Source: Mayamaea pseudoterrestris (taxonomy: Eukaryota). From it: a stretch of 64,000 nt of DNA. The notes beneath the pieces were generated by a model that was not told where the DNA came from, searched no databases, and was given only the letters and a program-made list of their open reading frames with translations. Shown one piece after another: positions 12,714 through 25,700 of the stretch. Made by a program: the position numbers and the translations under genes. The DNA lies in NCBI GenBank assembly GCA_027923505.1, contig BROI01000001.1, positions 930,001 to 994,000 on the forward strand, given 5' to 3'. How positions within the stretch are numbered: position 1 is the first letter of the stretch; each line of letters opens with the position of its first letter.

Positions 12714-12828
12714 TACTTTCAGACAATGTCTGAAAGTATCTTTCTGATTCAGACAATGTCTGAAAGTATCTGGCTTAATCAGACAATGTCTGAAAGTACT
12801 TTTTACTTTCAGACAGAATCTGAAAGTA
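12714..12828. repeat. Left subterminal array of the MITE: 4 x 30 bp with palindromic core TTCAGACAnTGTCTGAA
   Basis: TCAGACAATGTCTGAAAGTA repeats at a 30-bp period. Confidence 0.9.
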
Positions 12829-13395
12829 TGCTACTATTACGTTTAAAGTACTTTTTGCAGATGCTGTAAATATCAACGGTCACAAAAGTCATTTATTATG
12901 TGCAGCCATCCACGACGGTGAACTTGATGCCTTCGACAACGCTCGTTGCCATGCATACGCTTACAAGCACTACCACTGTCAGCTCAAGCTATAGAAGGCC
13001 AATTCTAATAATTTCATCTTCAAAATAGACTAACTAATATATGGCGATTAGATCTGTCAAGTTGGTTTGGTCGTGAGGGGCCTGTGGAGCTCACGACGAC
13101 ACGATTTGTGTTCATGGGGGCCCAGGCGCCAGTTCCGCTTCATGCAGCCAACACATCATCCTTTTCCTGGGAAATCATTACTATATTGCCAGGTTCTTGA
13201 CACGAATGACCATTTATAACATGTATTGCAACAAGCTGTATGGCTAGTCAGTGCTTGTCGAAGGTGCCATGGTCGTCGTCGTCGAAAACTTGGTTGGTGG
13301 CAGTCATACCATCGAGACATTTCAATGGAAACAGCTGCCTCCACGACCAATCATAAGCTATAAAAATATCTTTGACTTCGCTTTCAGAAAAATTA

Positions 13396-13512
13396 GGCTT
13401 AATCAGACACAATCTGAAAGTATCTTTCACTTTCAGACAGTGTCTGAAAGTACTTTTCTGATTCAGACAATGTCTGAAAGTATCTTTCTGATTCAGACAA
13501 CGTCTGAAAGTA
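13396..13512. repeat. Right subterminal array of the MITE: 4 x 30 bp, same palindromic core
   Basis: TCAGACA(A/G)TGTCTGAAAGTA repeats at a 30-bp period. Confidence 0.9.
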
Positions 13513-13948
13513 AATTTGGCGATCCGTTGGCGCGCAAGCATAGACTGGATTGGCACGCGCGCATTTTCGCCAATCAAATCTTATCCACGACTAAAAATTA
13601 GAAACGGTGCGACATTTTCGACGAAAATGACGTTTTACCGGACGCTCCTGTAATTCATCCGGTCACGCATGTATCGTTTCCACGCTTGGCAGCCGTCCAT
13701 GATGAGGAAGCCCACAACTGCGACGATTTGCTCGCTAGTATATCGATTGAGAGTCAAGAGACAATCGCTTTCAACTGATTTGAAAGACTCGGACAAAGAA
13801 CAAGCCAGGAAATCCCAGCTTGGCTAGATAATAGAACAATTTCCAAGACGCAAGCAATTGGCCTCAACATTGAGCCATTTTTACTTCGACTTTCGGTCAT
13901 CTCTTAGAGTATCAGTGAAGCCAAATTGTAGCGCATTAAACTTCAATC

Positions 13949-14506
13949 ATGATTCAAGAAGTTCTCGACAAGCAAGTCTACGAGCTGAAAAAGCTTTGGG
14001 CCAATAAGCGGCAGCTCCTCTTTCAGCTACTCAATCTCGCCATGATTGTGTTCAGCGCACTCATGATTTGGAAGGGCCTCATGTTTCTGACGAAATCGGA
14101 GAGCCCAGTCGTGGTCGTCTTGTCGGGGAGTATGGAGCCGGCGTTTCAGCGCGGTGATATATTGTTTCTGAACAATGCAGTTGATCATGTGCAGGTTGGT
14201 GACGTTGTTGTATTTAAAATCAAGGATCGCGACATTCCAATCGTTCATCGCATTCTAAAGGTTCATCGGAACGAATTCTCTGGCAAGGTAGAACTACTGA
14301 CCAAGGGAGACAATAATCGAGTCGATGATCGAGGCTTGTATGCGCCTGGACAATTGTGGCTGGAGCGCGACGATGTTTTGGGCAAGGCGGTTGGGACGCT
14401 GCGATATGTGGGTATGGTGACGATTGCGCTGAACGATTATCCAGTGTTAAAGTATGTGCTAGTGGGAATGATGGGTCTCTTTGTGCTGACGAGTAAAGAA
14501 GGTTGA
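13949..14506 (+). CDS. SEC11: Signal peptidase complex catalytic subunit SEC11 (S26B)
   Basis: [40 protein letters not shown]. Confidence 0.97.
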   Translation: MIQEVLDKQVYELKKLWANKRQLLFQLLNLAMIVFSALMIWKGLMFLTKSESPVVVVLSGSMEPAFQRGDILFLNNAVDHVQVGDVVVFKIKDRDIPIVHRILKVHRNEFSGKVELLTKGDNNRVDDRGLYAPGQLWLERDDVLGKAVGTLRYVGMVTIALNDYPVLKYVLVGMMGLFVLTSKEG

Positions 14507-14646
14507 GTAGACACGAGATTGTAGGATGATTTGAGCGGCGATTTTGCGTCCTCTTGTAAGTCATGAAGCGAGTATTCTATTGTTTACTGTAGTTATTTCG
14601 TCATTGCTCTATCCAATCTGTCATTATTATGCATGCTTAATTACTG

Positions 14647-16413
14647 TCATCTCCGCTCAAAAGTCGCCACGCACTCTACGTGCCGCGTCTGCGGAAACAG
14701 ATCCAGCGGTTGAATATAGGTGCATTCGTACCCAGCATCCACCAACACCTTGGCGTCTCGCCCCTGCGTGACAACGTTGCACGACACGTAGACAACTCGA
14801 GCTGGCTTGAATTCGAGCAGTAGATCTAAAAATTGCGGTGAACAGCCTTTGCGGGGTGGATCAATGACAACAACTGTTTCGTCCGGTGGAAAGTCAGACG
14901 AGGATGTTGCTGTTCCTGCATCATTTTTTGTTAGATCATAGTCTGTATTCGATCGACTCACTGGCGCGAATATATTTTCCGCCGACGCTGCAACAAAGGA
15001 TACTTGGTCTGTCGTCAAACCATTCAATGCAGCGTTGCGAGTGGCTTCGTCAATGGCCTTGGCGTTAATTTCAATGCCAATCACCTTGGTAAAGGCTGGC
15101 TGTGCCCTTGCCGCGCAACTTATGGCAAAGAGACCGGATCCACAGTAGCAGTCAATCAAGTGTGTCGGTGAAGCGTTGTTCTCGTGAGGCAATGGTTTCG
15201 TGGCTTGCTTCAAGACGAGGTCTACCATGAGCGGCAAGACGTAGTAATTGTTTTGGAAAAAGTTGCCCGCTTGATAGTCAAAATGAATCCCAAGCACTGT
15301 TGTACGAATGACGTCGGAGTGAGTGGTCGATATGGTTTCGCTGTCGAGGTTGTCTTGGCGAAAGAGCAGCGTTGCTCCATTCGCCTTGCGCCGTTTCTTG
15401 CGCTTGCTAGTAAAGTTGGCGTCTTCGCTAGTCTCGTCCTGCTCCTTGCGCTGCTGTTGCGCCAATGATATAAGTAAGTCATGTCGGACCTTTTGATACT
15501 TGGCGTTGACTGGTGGAGTGGCAATGCAGCAGGAGTCAACGTCAATGACTTGTCGCGACATTTGACGCTGAAACCCAATAATTGGCGGCGACTGGTTGCG
15601 GGGCGCATCATAATGCGGAGTCAGTTTGCTGCGATATTGAAACGTTTCGGCAGTTCCGGTACAATGCTGTAATATACTACCATTAGTGTCCATATCGTCG
15701 AGTAACAAACCATACTGTTGAAAGGCTTCCAAAGTGTGTTCAGTCTTGATCGTTCGCTGTCGATCAATGGATATATGCTGATACTGACAGCCTCCGCATT
15801 CCTCCGATAATGGACAAGGGGGTTGAAGAATGCGATCGGGACTGGGCTCTCCGATAATTCGAACAAAATCAGCTTCACTATACGAAGGATAGTTGCGGAA
15901 AACACGAGCAAGCACTCGCTCTCCAGGTACCACATTGGGTACCATGACGACCCATGGGCGACTCATAGAGACGTCTGATGCTGAAGAATTCGTTACTTCC
16001 TTGTCAGGCATTGCAGCTCCATTATCTGCTGTTAATTGGTCGGTTTCTTGATGCTCATTTGAAGCAAGTGAAATGCGTCCTACTCCCAATCCTTGATTCG
16101 TCAAGGACTGAATATCGACTTCAATCTCCTGCCGATATTGGAATGGAAATGGAACAAACTTGACTGGCACCTTAATTGAAGCATCACCTTCTTGTTCTTT
16201 TATCAAGCTGTCCTCTTGTTGTCGCGTCGTCGTCAACGATATACTGCCGGCTGAATCAGCGAATAGACGAGTCAAAGCTCGTATCCGTCGTGCTGGAAGA
16301 AGGCGATATTGTTGCAAGCGAAACGAGGATGCAAATATACGTCCATGTCGCTGCATCCAAAACGTAGTCAGATAAATCATGGACAGGCGAAGTGCCAACG
16401 GGGAGGCTGCCAT
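14647..16413 (-). CDS. TrmA/RlmD-family RNA (uracil-5)-methyltransferase with TRAM-like domain and Fe-S cysteines
   Basis: CPLSEECGGCQYQH, NFFQNN, DCYCGSGLF, DPPRKG, VYVSCN, DLFPQTRHVE. Start at ATG 16413 is inferred. Confidence 0.92.
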   Translation of the reverse strand: MAASPLALRLSMIYLTTFWMQRHGRIFASSFRLQQYRLLPARRIRALTRLFADSAGSISLTTTRQQEDSLIKEQEGDASIKVPVKFVPFPFQYRQEIEVDIQSLTNQGLGVGRISLASNEHQETDQLTADNGAAMPDKEVTNSSASDVSMSRPWVVMVPNVVPGERVLARVFRNYPSYSEADFVRIIGEPSPDRILQPPCPLSEECGGCQYQHISIDRQRTIKTEHTLEAFQQYGLLLDDMDTNGSILQHCTGTAETFQYRSKLTPHYDAPRNQSPPIIGFQRQMSRQVIDVDSCCIATPPVNAKYQKVRHDLLISLAQQQRKEQDETSEDANFTSKRKKRRKANGATLLFRQDNLDSETISTTHSDVIRTTVLGIHFDYQAGNFFQNNYYVLPLMVDLVLKQATKPLPHENNASPTHLIDCYCGSGLFAISCAARAQPAFTKVIGIEINAKAIDEATRNAALNGLTTDQVSFVAASAENIFAPVSRSNTDYDLTKNDAGTATSSSDFPPDETVVVIDPPRKGCSPQFLDLLLEFKPARVVYVSCNVVTQGRDAKVLVDAGYECTYIQPLDLFPQTRHVECVATFERR

Positions 16414-16492
16414 GGTCGAGTGATGGAATTTGTGACGAGGTTTCGATGGAGGAGAAAACGTCTCGCAGCGGTAATAAATGCCGCAGCTGCCG

Positions 16493-16710
16493 AGCCATGT
16501 GTACGAGTATGCCCAAATCAAGCCAGATTGCTGCTAACATCAACATTTCAGATGCACTACAAGAAACGTTGGTTGGCTGGTGTCTCTGTGAACTGCAATG
16601 TGATTGGTGATAACTTGTCACCAGTATCAGCCAGCAGCTGCCATGCCTTTCAAATGCCCATTCCCTGTGCCATGTGAGCAATTTCAAGCCAGAAGGGTGC
16701 TAACATCCTT
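16493..16710 (-). repeat. Degenerate inverted copy (~1.3 units) of the 169-bp satellite at the left border
   Basis: Matches the reverse complement of the unit, e.g. GGTGTCTCTGTGAACTGCAATGTGATTGGTGATAACTTGTCACCAGTATCAGCC. Confidence 0.8.
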
Positions 16711-16721
16711 CTTCTCATCAG

Positions 16722-19700
16722 TCACATTCCAGTCTACTGAGACACCAACCAAGCATACCATCATGTCACGCAGCCTTAATAATGATGTTGGCACCATTCT
16801 GGTGTATTTTGGGTGTATACATGGCTTGCTGTAGGGGCGTTTAAATGTCAAGGCATCCGTGGGCTAAGACTGGTGACAAGTTGTCACCAAATACATTGCA
16901 GTGTACTGAGACACCAGCCAGGCATACGGTTTTGTAGCGCAGCTTAAATAATGATGTTGGCGCCATTCTGGTGTAATTTGGATGTAGACATGGCTTGGGT
17001 GTAGGGGCGTTTGAATGTCAAGGCATTCCAGGGTTGAGACTGGTGACAAGTTGTCACCAAATACATTGCAGTCTACTGAGACACCAACCAAGCATACCAT
17101 CATGTAGCGTAGCCATAACAATGATGTTGGCACCATTATGGTGTGATTTGGGTGCATACATGGCTTGCTGTAGGGGTGTTTGAATGTCAAGGCATCCGTG
17201 GGCTGAGACTGGTGACAAGTTGTCACCAAATACATTGCAGTCTACTGAGACACCAACCAAGCATACCATCATGTAGCGCAGCCTTAAGAATGATGTTGGC
17301 ACCATTCTGGTGTAATTTGGGTGTAGACATGGCTTGCTGTAGGGGTGTTTGAATGTCATGGCATCTGCGGGATGAGATTGGTGACAAGTTGTCACCAAAT
17401 ACATTGCAGTCTACTGAGACACCAACCAAGCATACCATCATGTAGCGCAGCCTCAATAATGATGTTGGCACCATTCTGGTGTATTTTGGGTGTAGACATG
17501 GCTTGCTGTAGGGGCGTTTGAATGTCAAGGCATCCGTGGGCTGAGACTGGTGACAAGTTGTCACCAAATACATTGCAGTCTACTGAGACACCAGCCAGGC
17601 ATACGGTTTTGTAGCGCAGCTTAAATAATGATGTTGGCACCATTCTGGTGTAATTTGGATGTAGACATGGCTTGCTGTAGAGCCATTTGAATGTCAAGGC
17701 ATTCCCGGGTTGAGACTGGTGACAAGTTGTCACCAAATACATTGCAGTCTACTGAGACACCAACCAAGCATACCATCATGTAGCGCAGCCTCAATAATGA
17801 TGTTGGCACCATTCTGGTGTATTTTGGGTGTATACATGGCTTGCTGTAGGGGCGTTTGAATGTCAAGGCATTCCCGGGTTGAGACTGGTGACAAGTTGTC
17901 ACCAAATACATTGCAGTCTACTGAGACACCAGCCAGGCATACGGTTTTGTAGCGCAGCTTAAATAATGATGTTGGCACCATTCTGGTGTAATTTGGATGT
18001 AGACATGGCTTGCTGTAGGGGCGTTTGAATGTCAAGGCATTCCCGGGTTGAGACTGGTGACAAGTTGTCACCAAATACATTGCAGTCTACTGAGACACCA
18101 ACCAAGCATACCATCATGTAGCGCAGCCTCAATAATGATGTTGGCACCATTCTGGTGTATTTTGGGTGTAGACATGGCTTGCTGTAGGGGCGTTTGAATG
18201 TCATGGCATCAGCGGGTTGAGATTGGTGACAAGTTGTCACCAAATACATTGCAGTCTACTGAGACACCAGCCAGGCATATGCTTTTGTAGCGCAGCTTAA
18301 ATAATGATGTTGGCACCATTCTGGTGTAATTTGGATGTAGACATGGCTTGCTGTAGAGCCATTTGAATGTCAAGGCATTCCCGGGTTGAGACTGGTGACA
18401 AGTTGTCACCAAATACATTGCAGTCTGCTGAGACACCAATCAAGCATACCATCATGTAGCGCAGCCTCCATAATGATGTTGGCACCATTCTGGTGTATTT
18501 TGGATGTAGACATGGCTTGCTGTAGAGCCATTTGAATGTCAAGGCATTCCGGGGTTGAGACTGGTGACAAGTTGTCACCAAATACATTGCAGTCGACTGA
18601 AACACCAGCCAGGCATACGGTTTTGTAGCGCAGCCTCAATAATGATGTTGGCACCATTCTGGTGTATTTTGGGTGTATTGCAGTCTACTGAGACACCAAC
18701 CAAGCATACCATCATGTAGCGCAGCCTTAAGAATGATGTTGGCACCATTCTGGTGTAATTTGGGTGTAGACATGGCTTGCTGTAGGGGTGTTTGAATGTC
18801 ATGGCATCTGCGGGATGAGATTGGTGACAAGTTGTCACCAAATACATTGCAGTCTACTGAGACACCAACCAAGCATACCATCATGTAGCGCAGCCTCAAT
18901 AATGATGTTGGCACCATTCTGGTGTATTTTGGGTGTAGACATGGCTTGCTGTAGGGGCGTTTGAATGTCAAGGCATCCGTGGGCTGAGACTGGTGACAAG
19001 TTGTCACCAAATACATTGCAGTCTACTGAGACACCAGCCAGGCATACGGTTTTGTAGCGCAGCTTAAATAATGATGTTGGCACCATTCTGGTGTAATTTG
19101 GATGTAGACATGGCTTGCTGTAGAGCCATTTGAATGTCAAGGCATTCCCGGGTTGAGACTGGTGACAAGTTGTCACCAAATACATTGCAGTCTACTGAGA
19201 CACCAACCAAGCATACCATCATGTAGCGCAGCCTCAATAATGATGTTGGCACCATTCTGGTGTATTTTGGGTGTATACATGGCTTGCTGTAGGGGCGTTT
19301 GAATGTCAAGGCATTCCCGGGTTGAGACTGGTGACAAGTTGTCACCAAATACATTGCAGTCTACTGAGACACCAGCCAGGCATACGGTTTTGTAGCGCAG
19401 CTTAAATAATGATGTTGGCACCATTCTGGTGTAATTTGGATGTAGACATGGCTTGCTGTAGGGGCGTTTGAATGTCAAGGCATTCCCGGGTTGAGACTGG
19501 TGACAAGTTGTCACCAAATACATTGCAGTCTACTGAGACACCAACCAAGCATACCATCATGTAGCGCAGCCTCAATAATGATGTTGGCACCATTCTGGTG
19601 TATTTTGGGTGTAGACATGGCTTGCTGTAGGGGCGTTTGAATGTCATGGCATCAGCGGGTTGAGATTGGTGACAAGTTGTCACCAAATACATTGCAGTCT

Positions 19701-22700
19701 ACTGAGACACCAGCCAGGCATATGCTTTTGTAGCGCAGCTTAAATAATGATGTTGGCACCATTCTGGTGTAATTTGGATGTAGACATGGCTTGCTGTAGA
19801 GCCATTTGAATGTCAAGGCATTCCCGGGTTGAGACTGGTGACAAGTTGTCACCAAATACATTGCAGTCTGCTGAGACACCAATCAAGCATACCATCATGT
19901 AGCGCAGCCTCCATAATGATGTTGGCACCATTCTGGTGTATTTTGGATGTAGACATGGCTTGCTGTAGAGCCATTTGAATGTCAAGGCATTCCGGGGTTG
20001 AGACTGGTGACAAGTTGTCACCAAATACATTGCAGTCGACTGAAACACCAGCCAGGCATACCATCATGTAGCGCAGCCTCAATAATGATGTTGGCACCAT
20101 TCTGGTGTATTTTGGGTGTAGACATGGCTTGCTGTAGGGGCGTTTGAATGTCAAGGCATCCGCGGGCTGAGAATGGTGACAAGTTGTCACCAAATACATT
20201 GCACTCTACTGAGACACCAGCCAGGCATACCATCACAAAGCGCAGCCTATATATTGATGTTAGCACCATTCTGGTGTAATTTGGGTGTATACATGGCATG
20301 TTATATGGGCATTTGCATGTCAAGGCATCTGCTGGCTGAGACTGGTGACAAGTTGTCACCAAATACATTGCAGTCTACTGAGACACCAACCAAGCATACC
20401 ATCATGTAGCGCAGCCTTAAGAATGATGTTGGCACCATTCTGGTGTAATTTGGATGTAGACATGGCTTGCTGTAGGGGCGTTTGAATGTCAAGGCATCCG
20501 CAGACTGAGACTGGTGACAAGTTGTCACCAAATACATTGCAGTCTACTGAGACACCAACCAAGCATACCATCATGTAGCGCAGCCTCAATAATGATGTTG
20601 GCACCATTCTGGTGTATTTTGGGTGTAGACATGGCTTGCTGTAGGGGCGTTTGAATGTCATGGCATCAGCGGGTTGAGATTGGTGACAAGTTGTCACCAA
20701 ATACATTGCAGTCTACTGAGACACCAGCCAGGCATACGGTTTTGTAGCGCAGCTTAATTGCACTCTACTGAGACACCAGCCAGGCATACCATCACAAAGC
20801 GCAGCCTATATATTGATGTTAGCACCATTCTGGTGTAATTTGGGTGTATACATGGCATGTTATATGGGCATTTGCATGTCAAGGCATCTGCTGGCTGAGA
20901 CTGGTGACAAGTTGTCACCAAATACATTGCAGTCTACTGAGACACCAACCAAGCATACCATCATGTAGCGCAGCCTTAAGAATGATGTTGGCACCATTCT
21001 GGTGTAATTTGGATGTAGACATGGCTTGCTGTAGGGGCGTTTGAATGTCAAGGCATCCGCAGACTGAGACTGGTGACAAGTTGTCACCAAATACATTGCA
21101 GTCTACTGAGACACCAACCAAGCATACCATCATGTAGCGCAGCCTCAATAATGATGTTGGCACCATTCTGGTGTATTTTGGGTGTAGACATGGCTTGCTG
21201 TAGGGGCGTTTGAATGTCATGGCATCAGCGGGTTGAGATTGGTGACAAGTTGTCACCAAATACATTGCAGTCTACTGAGACACCAGCCAGGCATACGGTT
21301 TTGTAGCGCAGCTTAAATAATGATGTTGGCACCATTCTGGTGTAATTTGGGTGTATGCATGGCTTGCTGTAGGGGCGTTTGAATGTCAAGGCATTCCCGG
21401 GCTGAGACTGGTGACAATTTGTCACCAAATACATTGCAGTCTACTGAGACACCAACCAAGCATATCATCATGTAGCGCAGCCTTAAGAATGATGTTGGCA
21501 CCATTCTGGTGTAATTTGGGTGTAGACATGGCTTGCTGTAGGGGCGTTTGAATGTCAAGGCATCCGCAGGCTGAGACTGGTGACAAGTTGTCACCAAATA
21601 CATTCCAGTCTACTGAGACACCAACCAAGCATACCATCATGTAGCGCAGCTTCAATTATGATGTTGGCACCATTCTGGTGTATTTTGGATGTAGACATGG
21701 CTTGCTGTAGAGCCATTTGAATGTCAAGGCATTCCCGGGTTGAGACTGGTGACAAGTTGTCACCAAATACATTGCAGTCTACTGAGACACCAACCAAGCA
21801 TACCATCATGTAGCGCAGCCTCAATAATGATGTTGGCACCATTCTGGTGTACTTTGGGTGTATACATGGCTTGCTGTAGGGGCGCTTGAATGTCAAGGCA
21901 TCCATGGGCTGAGACTGGTGACAAGTTGTCACCAAATACATTGCAGTCTACTGAGACACCAACCAAGCATACCATCATGTAGCGCAGCCTCAATAATGAT
22001 GTTGGCACCATTCTGGTGTAATTTGGATGTAGACATGGCTTGCTGTAGAGCCATTTGAATGTAATGACATCTGCACGTTAATATCCGTGACGAGTTGTCA
22101 CCAATTACATTGCAGTCTACTGAGACACCAACCAAGCATACCATCATGTAGCGCAGCCTCAATAATGATGTTGGACATGGCTTGCTGTAGAGCCATTTGA
22201 ATGTCAAGGCATTCCCGGGTTGAGACTGGTGACAAGTTGTCACCAAATACATTGCAGTCTACTGAGACACCAACCAAGCATACCATCATGTAGCGCAGCC
22301 TCAATAATGATGTTGGCACCATTCTGGTGTACTTTGGGTGTATACATGGCTTGCTGTAGGGGCGCTTGAATGTCAAGGCATCCATGGGCTGAGACTGGTG
22401 ACAAGTTGTCACCAAATACATTGCAGTCTACTGAGACACCAACCAAGCATACCATCATGTAGCGCAGCCTCAATAATGATGTTGGCACCATTCTGGTGTA
22501 ATTTGGATGTAGACATGGCTTGCTGTAGAGCCATTTGAATGTAATGACATCTGCACGTTAATATCCGTGACGAGTTGTCACCAATTACATTGCAGTCTAC
22601 TGAGACACCAACCAAGCATACCATCATGTAGCGCAGCCTCAATAATGATGTTGGACAGCTCGCGGTGCAAATGTAGAGTGGCACTTCTGTTATTTGGGTG

Positions 22701-25700
22701 TATACATGGCTTGCTGTAGGGGCGCTTGAATGTCAAGGCATCCGTGGGCTGAGACTGGTGACAAGTTGTCACCAAATACATTGCAGTCTACTGAGACACC
22801 AGCCAGGCTAACCATCTTGTAGCGCAGTCACAATAATGATGTTGGCACCATTCTGGTGTACTTTGGGTGTATACATGGCTTGCTGTAGGGGCGTTTGAAT
22901 GTCAAGGCATCAGCGGGCTGAGACTGGTGACAAGTTGTCACCAAATACATTACAGTCTAATGTGACACCAACCAAGCATACCATTATGTTGCGCAGCGTT
23001 TATAATGATGTTGGCACCATTCTGGTGTACTTTGGGTGTATACATGGCTTGCTGTAAGGGCGTTTGAATGTCAAGGCACCCGCGGGCTCAGAGACAAGTT
23101 GTCACCAAATACATTCCAGTCTACTGAGACACCAACCAAGTAAACCATCTTGTAGCAAAGCCTAAAAAATGATGTATGCACCATTCTGATGTATTTTAGG
23201 TGTATACATGGCTTGCTGTAGGGGCGTTTGAATGTCAAGGCATCTGCAGGCTGAGACTGGTGACAAGTTGTCACCAAATACATTCCAGTCTACTGAGACA
23301 CCAAACAAGCATACCATCATGTAGCGCAGCCATAATAATGGTGGTGGCACCATTATGGTGTATTTTGGGTGTATACATGGCTTGCTGTAGGGGCGCTTGA
23401 ATGTCAAGGCATTTGTGGGCTGAGACTGGTGACAAGTTGTCACCAATAACATTCCAGTCTACTGAGACACAAGTTAGGCATACGGATTTTTAGCGCACCC
23501 TAAATTATGATGTTGGCACCATTCTGGTGTAATTTGGATGTAGACATGGCTTGCTGTAGAGCCATTTGAATGTCAAGGCATTCCCGGGTTGAGACTGGTG
23601 ACAAGTTGTCACCAAATACATTGCAGTCTACTGAGACACCAACCAAGCATACCATCATGTAGCGCAGCCTCAATAATGATGGTGGCACCATTCTGGTGTA
23701 TTTTGGGTGTATACATGGCTTGCTGTAGAGCCATTTGAATGTCAAGGCATTCCCAGGTTGAGACTGGTGACAAGTTGTCACCAAATACATTGCAGTCTAC
23801 TGAGACACCAGCCAATCATATGGGTTTTAGCGCAGCCTGAATAATATTGTTGGCCCCATTCAGGTGTGATTTGGGTGTATACATGGCTTGCTGTAGGGGT
23901 GTTTGAATGTCAAGGCATCAGCGGGCTGAGACTGGTGACAAGTTGTCACCAATCACATTCCAGTCTACTGAGACACCAAGCGAGCATGCCATCATGTAGC
24001 GTAGTTTAAAGAATTATGTGGGCACCATACTGGTGTACTTTGGGTGTATACATGGCTTGCTGAAGGGGCGTTTGAATGTCAAGGCATCCACAGACTGAGA
24101 CTGGTGACAAGTTGTCACCAAATCCATTCCAGTCTACTGAGACACCAACCAAACATACCATCATGTAGCGCAGCCATAATAATGATGTGGGCACCATTTT
24201 GGTGTACTTTGGGTGTATACATGGATTGCTGTAGGCCATTTGAATGTCAATGGCATTCCGGGTTGAGACTGGTGACAAGTTGTCACCAAATACATTCCAG
24301 TCTACTGAGACACCAAACAAGCATACCATCATGTAGCGCAGCCATAATAATGATGTGGGCACCATTTTGGTGTACTTTGGGTGTATACATGGCTTGCTGT
24401 AGGGGCGCTTGAATGTCAAGGCATCCGCAGGCTGAGACTGGTGACAAGTTGTCACCAAATACATTGCAGTCTACTGAGACACCAACCAAGCATACCACCA
24501 TGTAGCGCAGCCTTATTAATGATGTTGGCACCATTCTGGTGTACTTTGGGTGTATACATGGCTTGCTGTAGGGGCGTTTGAATGTCAAGGCATCCGCAGG
24601 CTGAGACTGGTGACAAGTTGTCACCAAATACATTGCAGTCTACTGAGACACCAACCAAGCATACCATCATGTAGCGCAGCCTCAATAATGATGTTGGCAC
24701 CATTCTGGTGTAATTTGGATGTAGACATGGCTTGCTGTAGAGCCATTTGAATGTCAAGGCATTCCCAGGTTGAGACTGGTGACAAGTTGTCACCAAATAC
24801 ATTGCAGTCTACTGAGACACCAACCAAGCATACCATCATGTAGCGCAGCCTCAATAATGATGTTGGCACCATTCTGGTGTACTTTGGGTGTATACATGGC
24901 TTGCTGTAGGGGCGCTTGAATGTCAAGGCATCCGTGGGCTGAGACTGGTGACAAGTTGTCACCAAATACATTGCAGTCTACTGAGACACCAGCCAAGCAT
25001 ACGGTTTTGTAGCGCAGCTTCAATAATGATGTTGGCACCATTCTGGTGTAATTTGGATGTAGACATGGCTTGCTGTAGAGCCATTTGAATGTCAAGGCAT
25101 TCCCAGGTTGAGACTGGTGACAAGTTGTCACCAAATACATTGCAGTCTACTGAGACACCAGCCAGGCATACAGTTTTGTAGCGCAGCTTAAATAATGATG
25201 TTGGCACCATTCTGGTGTATTTTGGGTGTAGACATGGCTTGCTGTAGGGGCGTTTGAATGTCATGGCATCAGCGGGTTGAGATTGGTGACAAGTTGTCAC
25301 CAAATACATTGCAGTCTACTGAGACACCAACCAAGCATACCATCATGTAGCGCAGCCATAATAATGATGTTGGCACCATTCTGGTGTACTTTGGGTGTAT
25401 ACATGGCTTGCTGTAGGGGCATTTGAATGTCAAGGCATCCGCAGGCTGAGATTGGTGACAAGTTGTCACCAAATACATTGCAGTCTACTGAGACACCAGC
25501 CAGGCATATGGGTTTGTAGCGCAGCTTAAATAATGATGTTGGCACCATTCTGGTGTATTTTGGGTGTATACATGGCTTGCTGAAGAGCCATTTGAATGTC
25601 AAGGCATTCCTGGGTTGAGACTGGTGACAAGTTGTCACCAAATACATTGCAGTCTACTGAGACACCAACCAAGCATACCATCATGTAGCGCAGCCTCAAT

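Larger units (their letters stand above)
12576..13647. mobile_element. Non-autonomous DNA transposon (MITE), 1072 bp, PIF/Harbinger-like
   Basis: Perfect 15-bp TIR GAGCGTCCGGTAAAA / TTTTACCGGACGCTC, extending imperfectly to ~40 bp. 3-bp TSD CTG at 12573-12575 and 13648-13650. No transposase ORF. Confidence 0.88.
12417..13683 (+). repeat. 94-bp tandem duplication; copy 1 at 12417-12510, copy 2 at 12511-12575 plus 13648-13683, split by the MITE
   Basis: CCACACTATT..CCCCGGAGTACCAGTACGACTAATGACGCCCCTTGACACGCCATTCAGGACTG occurs twice. Its continuation TAATTCATCCGGTCACGCATGTATCGTTTCCAC follows copy 1 directly and resumes after the element in copy 2. Confidence 0.9.

Noticed and set aside
13248..13601. 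ORFs inside the MITE as a transposase remnant
   Set aside because: They are short, derive from the 30-bp repeats and show no DDE or Myb motifs.
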